Shown: one piece after another, positions 11,523 to 22,213 of the stretch
How positions within the stretch are numbered: the stretch's first letter is position 1
Layout: the number at the start of each line of letters is the position of its first letter
Assembly (NCBI GenBank): GCA_963920595.1
Contig: OY986946.1
Span: 9,548,001-9,612,000 of the forward strand
Source: Eimeria praecox
Lineage: Eukaryota
Length of the DNA: 64,000 nucleotides
Direction of reading: 5' to 3'
The notes under the pieces: model-generated
Told to the model about the DNA's origin: nothing
Database searches by the model: none
What the model saw: the letters and a program-made list of their open reading frames with translations, nothing else
Made by a program: the position numbers and the translations under genes

Positions 11523-13588
11523 TCACGGGACCTCAGCAGTCAACACGTCTCTCAAGCCGTTCATGGGGCTGGCTACCTCTTCGTCGCTAGCTGCTGTCGT
11601 CATCTTGTCCTCCGTCTCCACCCCGTACCCGCCGCATAGAGAGAGGCTGTCTCTGCTGTGGCAGCGAGATGTGGGTGCGAAGCTATTGCTCGGAGACATG
11701 GCAGCCTCCTTCATCATGAAGTCCCCCTCTTGCAGTAACAGCAGTTGCTGCTGTTGCCGCAGGAGCAGCAGCTGCTGCTGCTGTTGCTGTTCCAGAAGTA
11801 GCTGCTGCTGCTGATGGTATTCCCGCAGCAGCAACAACTGCTGCGCACGGATCAACTGGCGCTGGTGCTGCTGCTGCAGTTCAATGAGCCGTTCTTGACT
11901 ACACAACCGACTCTGCTGCTTCGGAGTCTCCTGCTGCTGCTGAATTTGGGCCTCTATCATAAGGCGTGTTTGCTGCAGGGCTTGGCGCTGCTGCTGCTCG
12001 TAGGCACCTACGTACTGCAAGCCGCAGCTCTGCCACTGCTGCTGAAGATGTGATCTGATCACAGCCTCCTCCTGGGGAAGCACTTCAGTCCTTTGCAAGC
12101 ACTCCACGCTTCTGTCGAACTGTTGCTGCTGATGAAAGATAGGCGCCCCCACAGCAACAGCACCAGCGACTGCGCCTGCAGCCGAACCGCACGACGAACC
12201 TGCTGGCAAATGTGGTGGCCCCGCTTCAGGCGTCGTCGACACGGTGGAAGCAGTTGAAGCCGCCACTAAACCCCGGGAACACTGTTGCTGCTGTTGTTCC
12301 TGTTGCTGTTGCGGCACTAACGTCTGCGGCTGCCCCTGCTGCACACTAGGAGTTATTCCGTCAAGAGACGGCCGCTGGTCACTCGGACCACCACAGTCTG
12401 GGATGGAGGTGTCTATACCAGTGGGCACTACATCAGGCGCGCCCATATGCTGCTGTGGCTGTTGTGGCTGCTGTTGCTGCGTCTCCGCTGGTAGTGCGTT
12501 GGGTACCGGCCGCTTGGGGCAGGCGAGGAGCACTGTGCTGCGATATACGGCATACTCCTCCTTTGAAACCGTCAAGTCGAACTTGACCAGCTTAAGGAAC
12601 GCCAACTCCAAACGATTCAACTCGGTCAGGCCCACGCCCCCCACCCGTGCGTAGTATCTGTTGCTATATCTGCACGTACGTAAAACACACGCAAAAAACC
12701 CACATTTCCTGCGCATTCCTACAGAAAAACGCATCTACATCGCGTACTGTTATCTGCCGCTGCTGACGCTACCACCAACAATTCTGCTGTTGTGCCAGCT
12801 CTGTGAGGCTGTCGCACCGCACGTCCTCCACGAACTTCACTCCAATAACGCTGGCAGCAAGCACAAGTCTGTGAATGTTTAAAGCGTTGATCTTGATGTG
12901 ATTTGCGCGTATGACGCGATCAAGGTAAATGAGGGCGAAGACGAACACCTCTTCCGAACAACGAAAGTGTCGATACAGCCGCGGGATGTACGCAGCAATC
13001 GAAGTAGCCGGCGGACAAATTGACTGAAACCGTACAAATTTACCACAGAAAAGCAATGAGCAGAGGAAGGTGAAGCCCCTCTCCAATTCAACCCGCAGGC
13101 ATGCATGCACACAAAAGAAACAAACACACACCCCAGCAGCAGCAGCACCTATGCAACAGCGCAGCAGCAACAAAGAGGCCTACGTCAAATCGAGTAGCCA
13201 CACTCGGCCGTCGACAGGACTCATCTCCGCACGTCGCAAGCTGTTCCATCAGCAACGACATCTTCTCAACAAAGAGAGGCCCAGCAGGCAGCACGCCTTC
13301 CTCTCCTCCGCAAGTGGAATAGCCCTTTTGCGGTTGCTGCTGGGGCTGTTGACGATGCTCCTGCTGCTGCTTACATACGTTTTGCCTCTGCTCTTGCTGA
13401 AGCTCCTGTTCCCGCACTACGGCTTCCTCCCGAAAAGCTTCCTGGTGTTGCTGCTGCAGCATCAGTTGATGCTGTTGCAGCATCTGCTGCTGTTGCAGGA
13501 ATCCCTGCTGCATCAGCAGCTGCTCTTCCGTGCAGCCGCATTTGATCGCTCCGTCTTGGGGCGCTAAAGGCACAACCGAAGCCTCCAT
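11523..13588 (-). CDS. PHO80/Pcl-like (U/P-type) cyclin with poly-Q N- and C-terminal extensions. Exons 13588-13184, 13023-12818, 12669-11523 (~585 aa)
   Basis: Spliced cyclin box reads ..ATRFD|SICPPATSIAAYIPRLYRHFRCSEEVFVFALIYLDRV..NALNIHRLVLAASVIGVKFVEDVR|YSNRYYARVGGVGLTELNRLELAFLKLVKFDLTV, matching the PHO80-like cyclin consensus. GT-AG introns are in phases 0 and 2. Exon lengths 405+206+1147=1758 nt keep the frame. Confidence 0.92.
11735..12480 (-). repeat. Imperfect (CAG)n/(CTG)n trinucleotide tracts encoding poly-Q within the cyclin
   Basis: Repeated ctgctgctg/gttgctgctg runs translate as poly-Q on the minus strand. Similar tracts occur at 3255-3310 and 13330-13525. Confidence 0.9.
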
Positions 13589-16500
13589 CCTCGCCACAAA
13601 GATAAACAGGTGCCGTCGTAAGTTCAGACAGAGACTATCAGCAGTAGGGCTGCGGAATGCCCCAACCGCTGCATGGGAACAGCTGCCGCACACAGTCCCA
13701 AACAGCGCCCAGTCCCTTTAACCTCTGCCGCAACGTGACACCGTCCAACTGGACCAACTAACACCGACCGGTAAGCACGGCCTCAAGATATAGCAGTCCC
13801 CAGAGCAGGAAGGTGAGGGTGCATGGTCACCGCAGCCCGTTGGAATCGCGAAGGCGCAGATAACGTTTGCCCACGCATTAGCTGTTCTTTTACAACCTAA
13901 AAGATGCTAAACACTGTCCATTCATGAGCTGGTAATGTTAACGCAAACCTACCCACCTATCAACGTACCGCTGTACCTCTAAATGCCATGCAGCTGCACT
14001 TCTGGCGCCGGGGAGGTTTCCAGCATTAAAGAATGATAATAACAACGCATATGAACGCCACAAACCCCAAATGCTGCACAATAAAGGCGTGAAGCCAAAT
14101 GCGCCCCTGCGCAACGCCACTGCTACAGAGGTTGCTGCTCTGCTGCGCCCAGAGGGGGGCAGAGGAGAGAAGGACCTAAAAAAGACCAGCCTAGGTCTAA
14201 AGCATGGGTACAACGGAAACAGGAGCGCAAAAGCAAGAACCCTATCAAGAGAAGAGAGCTAAACATGTGTCACCCGCAGACATGCGAAGGGGCAGAGGGG
14301 GAGGCGACCAAGGGCCCGCGGCAGATGCTAGAATATGAGTGGAATGGAGCCATACAGCTTAACACGCCCACAGGTTCCAATAGGTAGCCATTAAAAGGAC
14401 AAATTCAACTATAGTAGGCCGATACAAGCCCGTGGTAGTACCTGCTGCAGAAGGCAGCACGCCAAAGCAGCACTGTGCGCCATCGAGTGTGCGGAGGCGC
14501 TGTTCTGGGGGCAACAACGAGGGGAGGGGAGTGGGGGATTGCACCGAAGGCAAACCAACTCTTGCTCTGAAAAATATCGTTTTAGTTTCATTATTGAGCC
14601 AGCACCAAGGTGAATCTACTCATCCTCACACAGGAAACTGCTCCCCAAACCTGGGTGTCCTAAATCCGGGGTTCAACGCCAAGAGACGCGGTGCTGGCGG
14701 CGAAGTGTACTGCTTATACTTTCATGCTACGGGGCTGGCAACTCTTGCTACTTTTCTTACCGGAATGAGCTCATAGACAGATATATTTGGCATTGATGTG
14801 AACAGCTCCATTATTGCGTGTCAACTTTGCTGCTCGCTTAGCGGCAGCTGTTGAGCGCAAAAGGCTGCATCTGTCTGTAGTTGTTGCATCTTCTTCTACG
14901 TGCTGGCGGGCTTATTTCAGAGGTCCAAGTAACTCTTCAACAACTGCTTGCACTGTAGCGCGTGCATCGTAAGGTGCTGTATCTTAGTAGAGGGCCGCTG
15001 TTGTAGCGAGGGCTGTGGCGTGGTTGCGATATGGTCTGTGGAACGACAGTCTTGCATCTTGGCTGAGGACCGTCGCGAGCTTGTAGTAGAGCTAAGGTCT
15101 TTGAGAGTGGGCAAAGGCAGCCGAACATCCCTCCAGATTGCTCTCCTCATGGGCCCACCGTGTAGTATGCCCTGCATGACGATACTCATACCGGGTGGAA
15201 GCATGTTGGCGCTCGCATCTATACTTGATTGCAGGCTGGCTACGGAGGATCGAAGGGGCGTTTAAAGACAGTCTAAACTGCAGTCTCTAGTACTAACGCA
15301 TGAAGCAGAGGGCATTTGCGGTGCGTGTGCGTGGGTTTGCTGTGCAACGGTAGCTAAGGCGAGGTGTGCTGCAGCACATGGCAGGGCCCTGCGTGCGCCC
15401 ACCAGCTCATGACCCCCGAGAAGTTGCTCATTTGCTCCCAGGAGCGTTGGAAGTGGGAGGGGAGGTCAGCTGAATTCAGTGAACTCTTGCTTTAGGTGTT
15501 CGGTGGTGTAGCGCCTCGTGAGTGGTCAAGGCTAAGATAAAGGATCCTCGTTACATACTTGGTCACACCACTGAGTGTCACGATAGCCCTTGATCTTATC
15601 GAAGGATTGACGCTTGCTGCAAATGAGTTAAATGTGCAGTAGAGTTCACAAAAAGCTGCTGACCCCCCCTCCATCCTTCTGGCTTTCTGCGCATAGCGGC
15701 CCAAGGGCGTGGGGCTGATTGGGGCAAAGGCCAAGCAGCCCAGGGCTGCGCTGCACCTTACTGCAGCTAACTCTGCAAGGCAGCCTCACGTCCCAGCACA
15801 GCGAATCCTCTTGCTACACGCGTTAACCTTGGAGGCTGAAGTGTGCGCCGCTGTAAAACACTTCCTTGGCTCTCCATGGCAGGCCTGTGACAGTAAGAAG
15901 AGAAGCGAGCACGAGCATGCTGCACAGATGGTGCCACATCTACCTACCCCTCCGCTCTAACCAGGACAGAACCTCGTGTTCCCGGTCGCCCAGAACAGGA
16001 AGGGCAGAGCGTGGGGAGTTCCTGCCGAAATTGCTGCTGGCGAGGCCGGTGCTGTTGTGGCGACTCCCTCGGTTCTTCTTGTATTTGCCTGTGGCACGCT
16101 CATACAGGTTTCTGTCCACATACACTAGTTGACAGTTGAATCTTGACGTTTTGTAGCAGCTTTTGTGCTTGGCGATCAATTCCCTCGGGGCACTGAATAA
16201 GCGCCTCTTACCGAGGAGGATGCAAGTACTGTAGGAAACGCTGAGATGAGCACTCTCTCTTCGCTTCCCCGCATATATACCTCTAAAGTGTCAATTGCGC
16301 GCCGCATGTGCGCTCTCCAGTGAGTCTCCTGCGGCCTGCGTAGGATTATGTCGTGATGAACCAGTTCAACGTGAAAGTTCCGTTTCATATCAAGATGACT
16401 CATTTCTGAATGGAGCTACAATTCTATGCCCATAATTCTATCGATTGTCGCAGCCTGCCTGCCGTCCACAAAGCACAGTCGCAGAGGCTTCGCCGGTCGT

Positions 16501-17899
16501 ATCCGGATGGTAGGCAGACACGGAGCTATTAGGCACGAACTATGATTGGCTCGATTGCACTCACCAATGAATCGGATGCAGAATACGAACTTGTTTCTGC
16601 TCGGGGAGGCTCCTGACTATGAGTCGCCTCCCCACACACACGAGGACAGGTAATGATCGAACTCAATTGCGCTTGACGGAAGGCTGAAGCGTGAGCTTGA
16701 AGAGGATTTTACAAAATCCTTCAAGGGAGGTTATGAATTTTCACTTTAAATCAATTGTTGCTGCACAGTAAGGAGCCCCGCGGCGGGGGTTAGGTTCATT
16801 GCTCCCACGTATCCCGATGGAATAAAAATCAAGGGGCGACACAAAGTGTGACGACAGTCCTGGATCTTGGCAGAGGACCGGGGTCAACTGCGAATAAGAG
16901 GATGAAATATTTGGACTTGGACCAAGCAAACATTTAACAACCTTCTACAATACAACTACAGTGCTAACACCTGCGGCAAAGGGGCACTGGCTGCGCCTGC
17001 AGGGGGGGCGGTTGCAGTGTAGCAATAACTGGAACATGCTGCGCTGCAGCCCATGACCGGCCAGCACGTGCTCCCATCAACACCAGGCCCTTAAGCGGGG
17101 GCGCTGAGGAGCCCAAGACGCCGGAGGGGAAATCAGATGCTCTTTGTGAACACTTTCGGTGCCAGCAGCGAATTCTATCCCATGCAGCTAGCCGGCTTTG
17201 TGTGTAGAAGTAGCTGATGGAAAAGAGAGAGAAGGATTCAAACTCCCCCCTAAGCATGCTTCTGAAAATTCCTATTCAAACCTCAGTCATTTCCTCCTGG
17301 AAAATGAATATTAATCATTGTCTGCTCTCGGGTAAGGTGGCGATCCACTGTCAGGAGCCTGGCGAAGCAGAAAGAAGCTCTACTTCTGCATCCTCCCCGG
17401 TAGGAGGTGCGTTTTCACACAGTAAAATTGATGCAGAATGTCTTCTTCCCTGCTGGCTATCCAGATTCGGCCGGCACCACGATGCGGAACCAGTAGGAAA
17501 TCGTCCTAGTCCCGATCGACTTATAGCTTCTTCTTCAAAGCGCACCGGGAGATCAACAACTTGTATGAGCACCCTATTCATTAGGAGAGGATGCCCCGCG
17601 GTGGTGGCTATCTTTAGGCAAAGGCTCGGCGTTTTCAGGACACATCAGAATCATGGAAACCTTTTGCGATGCTCTGCAATGCAGGACTATCTCCATTTTT
17701 GCAAGGGAACAGGGTGTGAGGTGACTGAAAAAACTGACTCAAAAGCAACTGCCGATAAAACGCTCGATAGGTATCAGACACTCATAGATAGAGACATTCT
17801 GGTGGGCCGGGAGCTGCTATATAGATACTTGGTAGCAGGAATCTCCCTCTGGAAGAAACAATCGGAAACCGGCTGGAAGGCCGGCAAAATAACTGAACT

Positions 17900-20110
17900 G
17901 GCTGAAATTCAGTTATTCGCATAAAAGAAAGAAAAAATGCCTCTTTTGCAGTCCTTGTTGAGAAAGTGAAATACAGTTTTGGAAACAACCTAGACGTATA
18001 GCCCACGGATATTGGAGCTGTTAATGCTGCTCCAAAGACGATAGAGAATAGTAGCGGTACCCCACAGCAGCCAGCAATTCAGGTACCCAGAAAGCCGGGG
18101 GCAACGTTTCTGTTTCTTTCGCAGTTAAAAGGATCACAAAAATCGTGACTGAAGACTCATGAGAGAAGTTGTCTTCGACCAGCGCCGGCAGAAGGACAAA
18201 CGATTACTTGCTTCATCTGATATATTAGCCGCCAGGAGCCTCACCAGATGCATGAACTCGTCTCCAGCGTTCATGCTTCCTGATTGTGACCATCATTTCT
18301 TCGTAACGTCCAACGCCAGTGACACAGCAGGTGGGGTGATACTCTCTCAGCAGGCCACTGAGTCAAAAGCAAATAATCGCCTGCTACTCACATTACTTCA
18401 TGGAGAGGGGGCAGAAGAATCCGCTGAGCGAAAAGGAGTTCTAAGCGATGTAAGGAGGAGCACAATAGTGCGTTCTTTATTTGTCTGGAAAGTGCTCAAC
18501 GGTTGCAGCCGGCCATCAACCAATGGTACAGCTGACGAAAGTTTCCAAGAAGGATAATCAAAGAGTCGTCTGGCGGCTTTAGCGGCTTACCCAGTACTAC
18601 TTCACAGATAGGTATATCATGGGTATCACCACCTTGGTCGCTAATGCACTCTCCAACCGTCCTACAGGTCTGGCAATGTGTTATGCAATTGCTCGTACGT
18701 GCTTTATATATATTCCAGTTTCCTCCCCAAAGTGCGTCCTTCTAGTGACTTTAATACCCATGCGCTGCAGGTCTCGCCAAGATCAGCAACAAGAAGCTGA
18801 TTGAAAAGTACGGCGTCCACAACGATATCTTGTTGCGCCAGACGAAGCTTAGACGTTGCCAATTATACGTCTCAGCTTTTCCTCTAAAGGAACGTTTGCG
18901 CCAAATGCACGATCATGCTCTAGAGTGCCGTGGAGGTGTCAATGTAACGATGAAGAGGTTGTGAGGTCCTTCTGGTGGCTTAGAATGCACTCTCCAGGTG
19001 AGGAATATGTCTTCACTTGCCAGCAGTAGAGCTTGCGCAACATTCTCACACCACTTGCGGAGAGCCTTTCGATTCCCAGACGGATCTGGACGAACCACTC
19101 AGCGTAATCCATATTGGAGTTTTAGCACCTAGACGATGCGATGGCGTCTACGTTGCTTTTGGTACGCTCAGCAAATACACTTACTTTATCCTCTGTTCGA
19201 GTACATTTACAGCGGAAAGAGCAGCATAGCTATTGGCTGGTCATCTCTGGAGGCTGTCTGGAAACTGTTTCTCCGGAAAGCGTCATTGCTGACAGTAATA
19301 CAAAGTTCGCTAAGCCTTTCTCGGGCAAATTAACGTAATAGAGACCATAGCATGCCCGCCGCGAACACACCCAGGGGCAGACGGTCAATCTCAATGCACT
19401 AAACGCACACTTGTGCAGTATGTGCCACTCTATAACCAGCAGCTTTCAGCAGAGTGGTTTGATTCTCTTCCCTCTGCAGAATAGCAGCAGTGAACTCGTC
19501 GACCCATTGCCTTCCGGCCCCTCTGGTGTATATCAAAACTGCGGTGTCCACCCCGGCATTAGACATGGCTGTTGAAAGCCACATTCGTATGAGCGCAGCT
19601 TCTGAATTCCCCAACCAGTTTGCAACAACACGAGAAAGTATGAGAAAAGCACAGGAACGCCAGGGCAGAAGATACTACCAACGATGCTCAGCAGTTACTT
19701 CCAACCCAGGCTGCTTGGTTCCTGCGGGTTCGTACTCTTCAAAACTCACAGGAGAACAATCAGATGAAGAAGTATGCGACGATGTGAGTAGGGCCCTTTT
19801 CTGCTCGTTCTCGGGTAAACGTGATGGCTTGCATTGCGGAATTCCCCTCAACGCGGCGATGCCATCATACTCTCAGTGCTTGTTTCCTCAAAAGGCTCAA
19901 GGAGTCATCGAAATTCCCCCCGAAGCTCAGCACGAAAAGGCAGCAACAATACGGCACGAGGGACTAGCTGGAGGAGACTGAGCTCCTGGGCACACGGGTA
20001 GCGACCCGTAGCGGCCAAAGGAAACGCGAAGTTGACGTTAACTGCCCGAGGCCCGACAATCCAAGTGGGCTTCGACGGATTATTTGCGTTCAGCAATCTA
20101 TCACAAGTAT
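17900..20110 (+). mobile_element. Degenerate Ty3/gypsy (probably chromovirus) LTR-retrotransposon pol remnant: RNase H, integrase, GPF motif and possible chromodomain, broken by stops and frameshifts
   Basis: Colinear decayed motifs on the + strand: SPAFMLPDCDHHFFVTSNASDTAGGVILSQ (~18260-18350, RNase H); QYYFTDRYIMGITTLVANALSNRP (~18590-18665); HDHALECRGGVNVTMKRL (~18908, integrase Zn-finger); DGVYVAFGTLSKYTYFILCSSTFTAE and PESVIADSNTKF (~19140-19310, integrase core); RESMRKAQERQGRRYY (~19630); KKYATM*VGPFSARSRVNVMACIAEFPSTRRCHHTLSACFLK (19767-19893, GPY/F motif). The RH-then-IN order fits gypsy. Boundaries are approximate and no LTRs were identified. Confidence 0.85.
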
Positions 20111-20957
20111 CTAAGTGGCATTTCATTCCCCCATTCAGCGCCACCGATTTCATACCTGAGTATAAGCAGAGGTGCCCCAAATCCGTGTTTTAATTTACCG
20201 TCCGATAATTGCACACACACTGCCATTGACTGGCTTTAACACACGCACCTCTCGGCATACCTATGTGCTATTCTCCTCTGAGTTTCGTTCCCCCGTGATC
20301 TAAAGTTCATCGCTACTGATGGATACCACGGAGCTGCTGCCGGCAACGTATTTTAATCATGATTTTGGGCTGGGCCGCTCCGCGCGTTTGGTCAACACCG
20401 CTGACACTGTTCCCGGCGTTCCTTTCTGGCAGTAGCTTCCTCCATATTTTTATTTTTGATGGGATGCCAGCACCAAAAGTGGTTCTCAACTCGTGCTGAT
20501 GGCAGGGAATGCCGTTATTGACCGGTGGGCACGCCACTGGACAATCCCACAGTGGGGGGCTACGAGTCAGCAGCGGCAGCGCCATAGTGCAGGGGCATTC
20601 TCCCCGGATGCCATTCAGCCCTTTTCTTGCTATTGTACTTCGTTTTCTTCTTCATGGACAATCAGATACTGTAGGACATGTGCGGGTGGCGAGGGGGAAG
20701 ATGTAACATGGCCTGCGCGAAGTTGGCACTTGTATCTCTGCTTGCTCGCAGGCTTACTAAGGAGGGCCAAGTAAGTGTGTTAACGACTGCCTAAATAAGA
20801 GTTTACAATGCCATTGCACGCAAGAAAGGGGCTTTAGTTGTGCGTGCATGCGGCACGCATACTAGTTGCACCGCAGTGCGCTGCGGCTCATGATATGCTG
20901 GCCCGTGTTCCCCTCGGCCTAAGGCCCTTATTCCTCTCTCCCCGGGATACTAGTAGA

Positions 20958-21308
20958 ATGAAGGAGAAACAACGTGCTTCTGGGGAGCCCTTTATTGAAT
21001 CCGTTGAGTATATTGCAGCTCTCGAGTGTCCTCAGCTCTGTCAAGGGGCTCCCACGGACAGGGGGAGCTATTCCCAGGCGACTATGCGGCTGGAGTTGAG
21101 ACCAGGTGCTTCCGGAGAACCATTTCTTCGAGACGTTTACTGTATTGTAGCTCTTGACAGTCCCCAGCTACGATCGAGGACCACTGCCGCAATGCTACAC
21201 CTATGGCCTTCAAGCAGACCGTGGCACCAGGGACGGCAAACTCAAGTCTCCTCACCACCAACAGCAGCGTATAACTCAATTCTGACTCATATTAGTATTC
21301 AGTTCTGA
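20958..21308 (+). CDS. Putative coding segment containing a 44-aa-period tandem duplication (ASGEPF....Y/C.I.AL..PQL)
   Basis: Two copies 132 bp apart (20976 and 21108) differ largely at synonymous third positions in this frame. Gene boundaries are unknown, and it may be a pseudogene fragment. Confidence 0.45.
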   Translation: MKEKQRASGEPFIESVEYIAALECPQLCQGAPTDRGSYSQATMRLELRPGASGEPFLRDVYCIVALDSPQLRSRTTAAMLHLWPSSRPWHQGRQTQVSSPPTAAYNSILTHISIQF

Positions 21309-21865
21309 ATACTAATATGAATTCAAGATAGCATCAGATGGAGCTGACTGGACAAAATGGTTACGCTGGAACAATGCTTCTCAGCACTGAAAGTTAACTA
21401 TTCGTGAATGCTGTGAGGTTCTATCACCGATGCTCAACGGCACGCTCACATTTGCAACTTTTGAATAATGTACACTTAGACTGCTCCTCTTCAAATGAAA
21501 CATGCAGCTTAATTTTGGACACCTGGAGCCTTTCATCTGGCACTAGCCAACAGACCGCAAGTTCTGCAGCCAAACAGCGCAGCAACGTTAAACTGTGAGT
21601 CTCTTGGCTTTTCTCTAGCAGGTAATTAAATTTAACTAAACAACAGGCGATTTCAACCTCAATCCTATCTATGGACGGACTAGCGCAATTTGCTGACTCA
21701 TCTGGGAGACTCATCCCCGTGTGCTACTGCGTAGGGGCGATCGATCCTGGCCAGCCATCCTTTTTCAAGCAGCGCACCATGGGCCTGCCGAGATCTCTAC
21801 AACATTTTGATCATTATCAACTCCTTTTCACGTGAGATTCATTCGCCATCACTGACCGAAAAACC

Positions 21866-22213
21866 ATGAAGTTTGCTTCATTTACCAGAATGGTTCGACC
21901 TCGATTGCCGTTGATCCCCGCTGCCCTTGCTGCGATGGCAGCCAGCGGCCTGAATTTAGTAGGCGCAGCTTGGACCCCCGACTTAGGCAATTCTGCCGTA
22001 GATATTGATAATGTTTCACCCGGTGTCACCCACGGTGTGGCCAAAGCCAGGCGCAGCATGCCGCTCATTGCAGCACTCTCCATCTTGATGGCCACGCTAG
22101 CGGTGGGGTTTGTTGTCGTACGATGCTTCACTGCGCTCAAGTCCAGCACATTGAGAACTGCTGATAATATAAGTGCAAGAAGGCTTGCAGAGACCCAGGA
22201 AGACTCTTGCTCC
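21866..22213 (+). CDS. First exon of a predicted secreted/membrane protein with a hydrophobic segment followed by CF..L and an RRLA motif (coccidian hypothetical family)
   Basis: ATG context is AAAAACCATG. There is an N-terminal hydrophobic stretch (LPLIPAALAAMAASGL), a second TM-like stretch (LIAALSILMATLAVGFVVVRCF), then SARRLAETQEDSCS ending exactly at a consensus donor TCC|GTAAGT (22214). The ORF track continuation past 22213 looks intronic. Confidence 0.7.

Noticed and set aside
14770..16180. Possible minus-strand gag/protease remnant (e.g. RKCFTAAH, IDASANML)
   Set aside because: The motifs are too weak and not clearly colinear to support without a search.
16603..16633. Hairpin GGGGAGGC...GCCTCCCC as a terminator or LTR structure
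   Set aside because: An 8-bp stem can arise by chance in 64 kb, there is no U-tract, and no matching second LTR was found.
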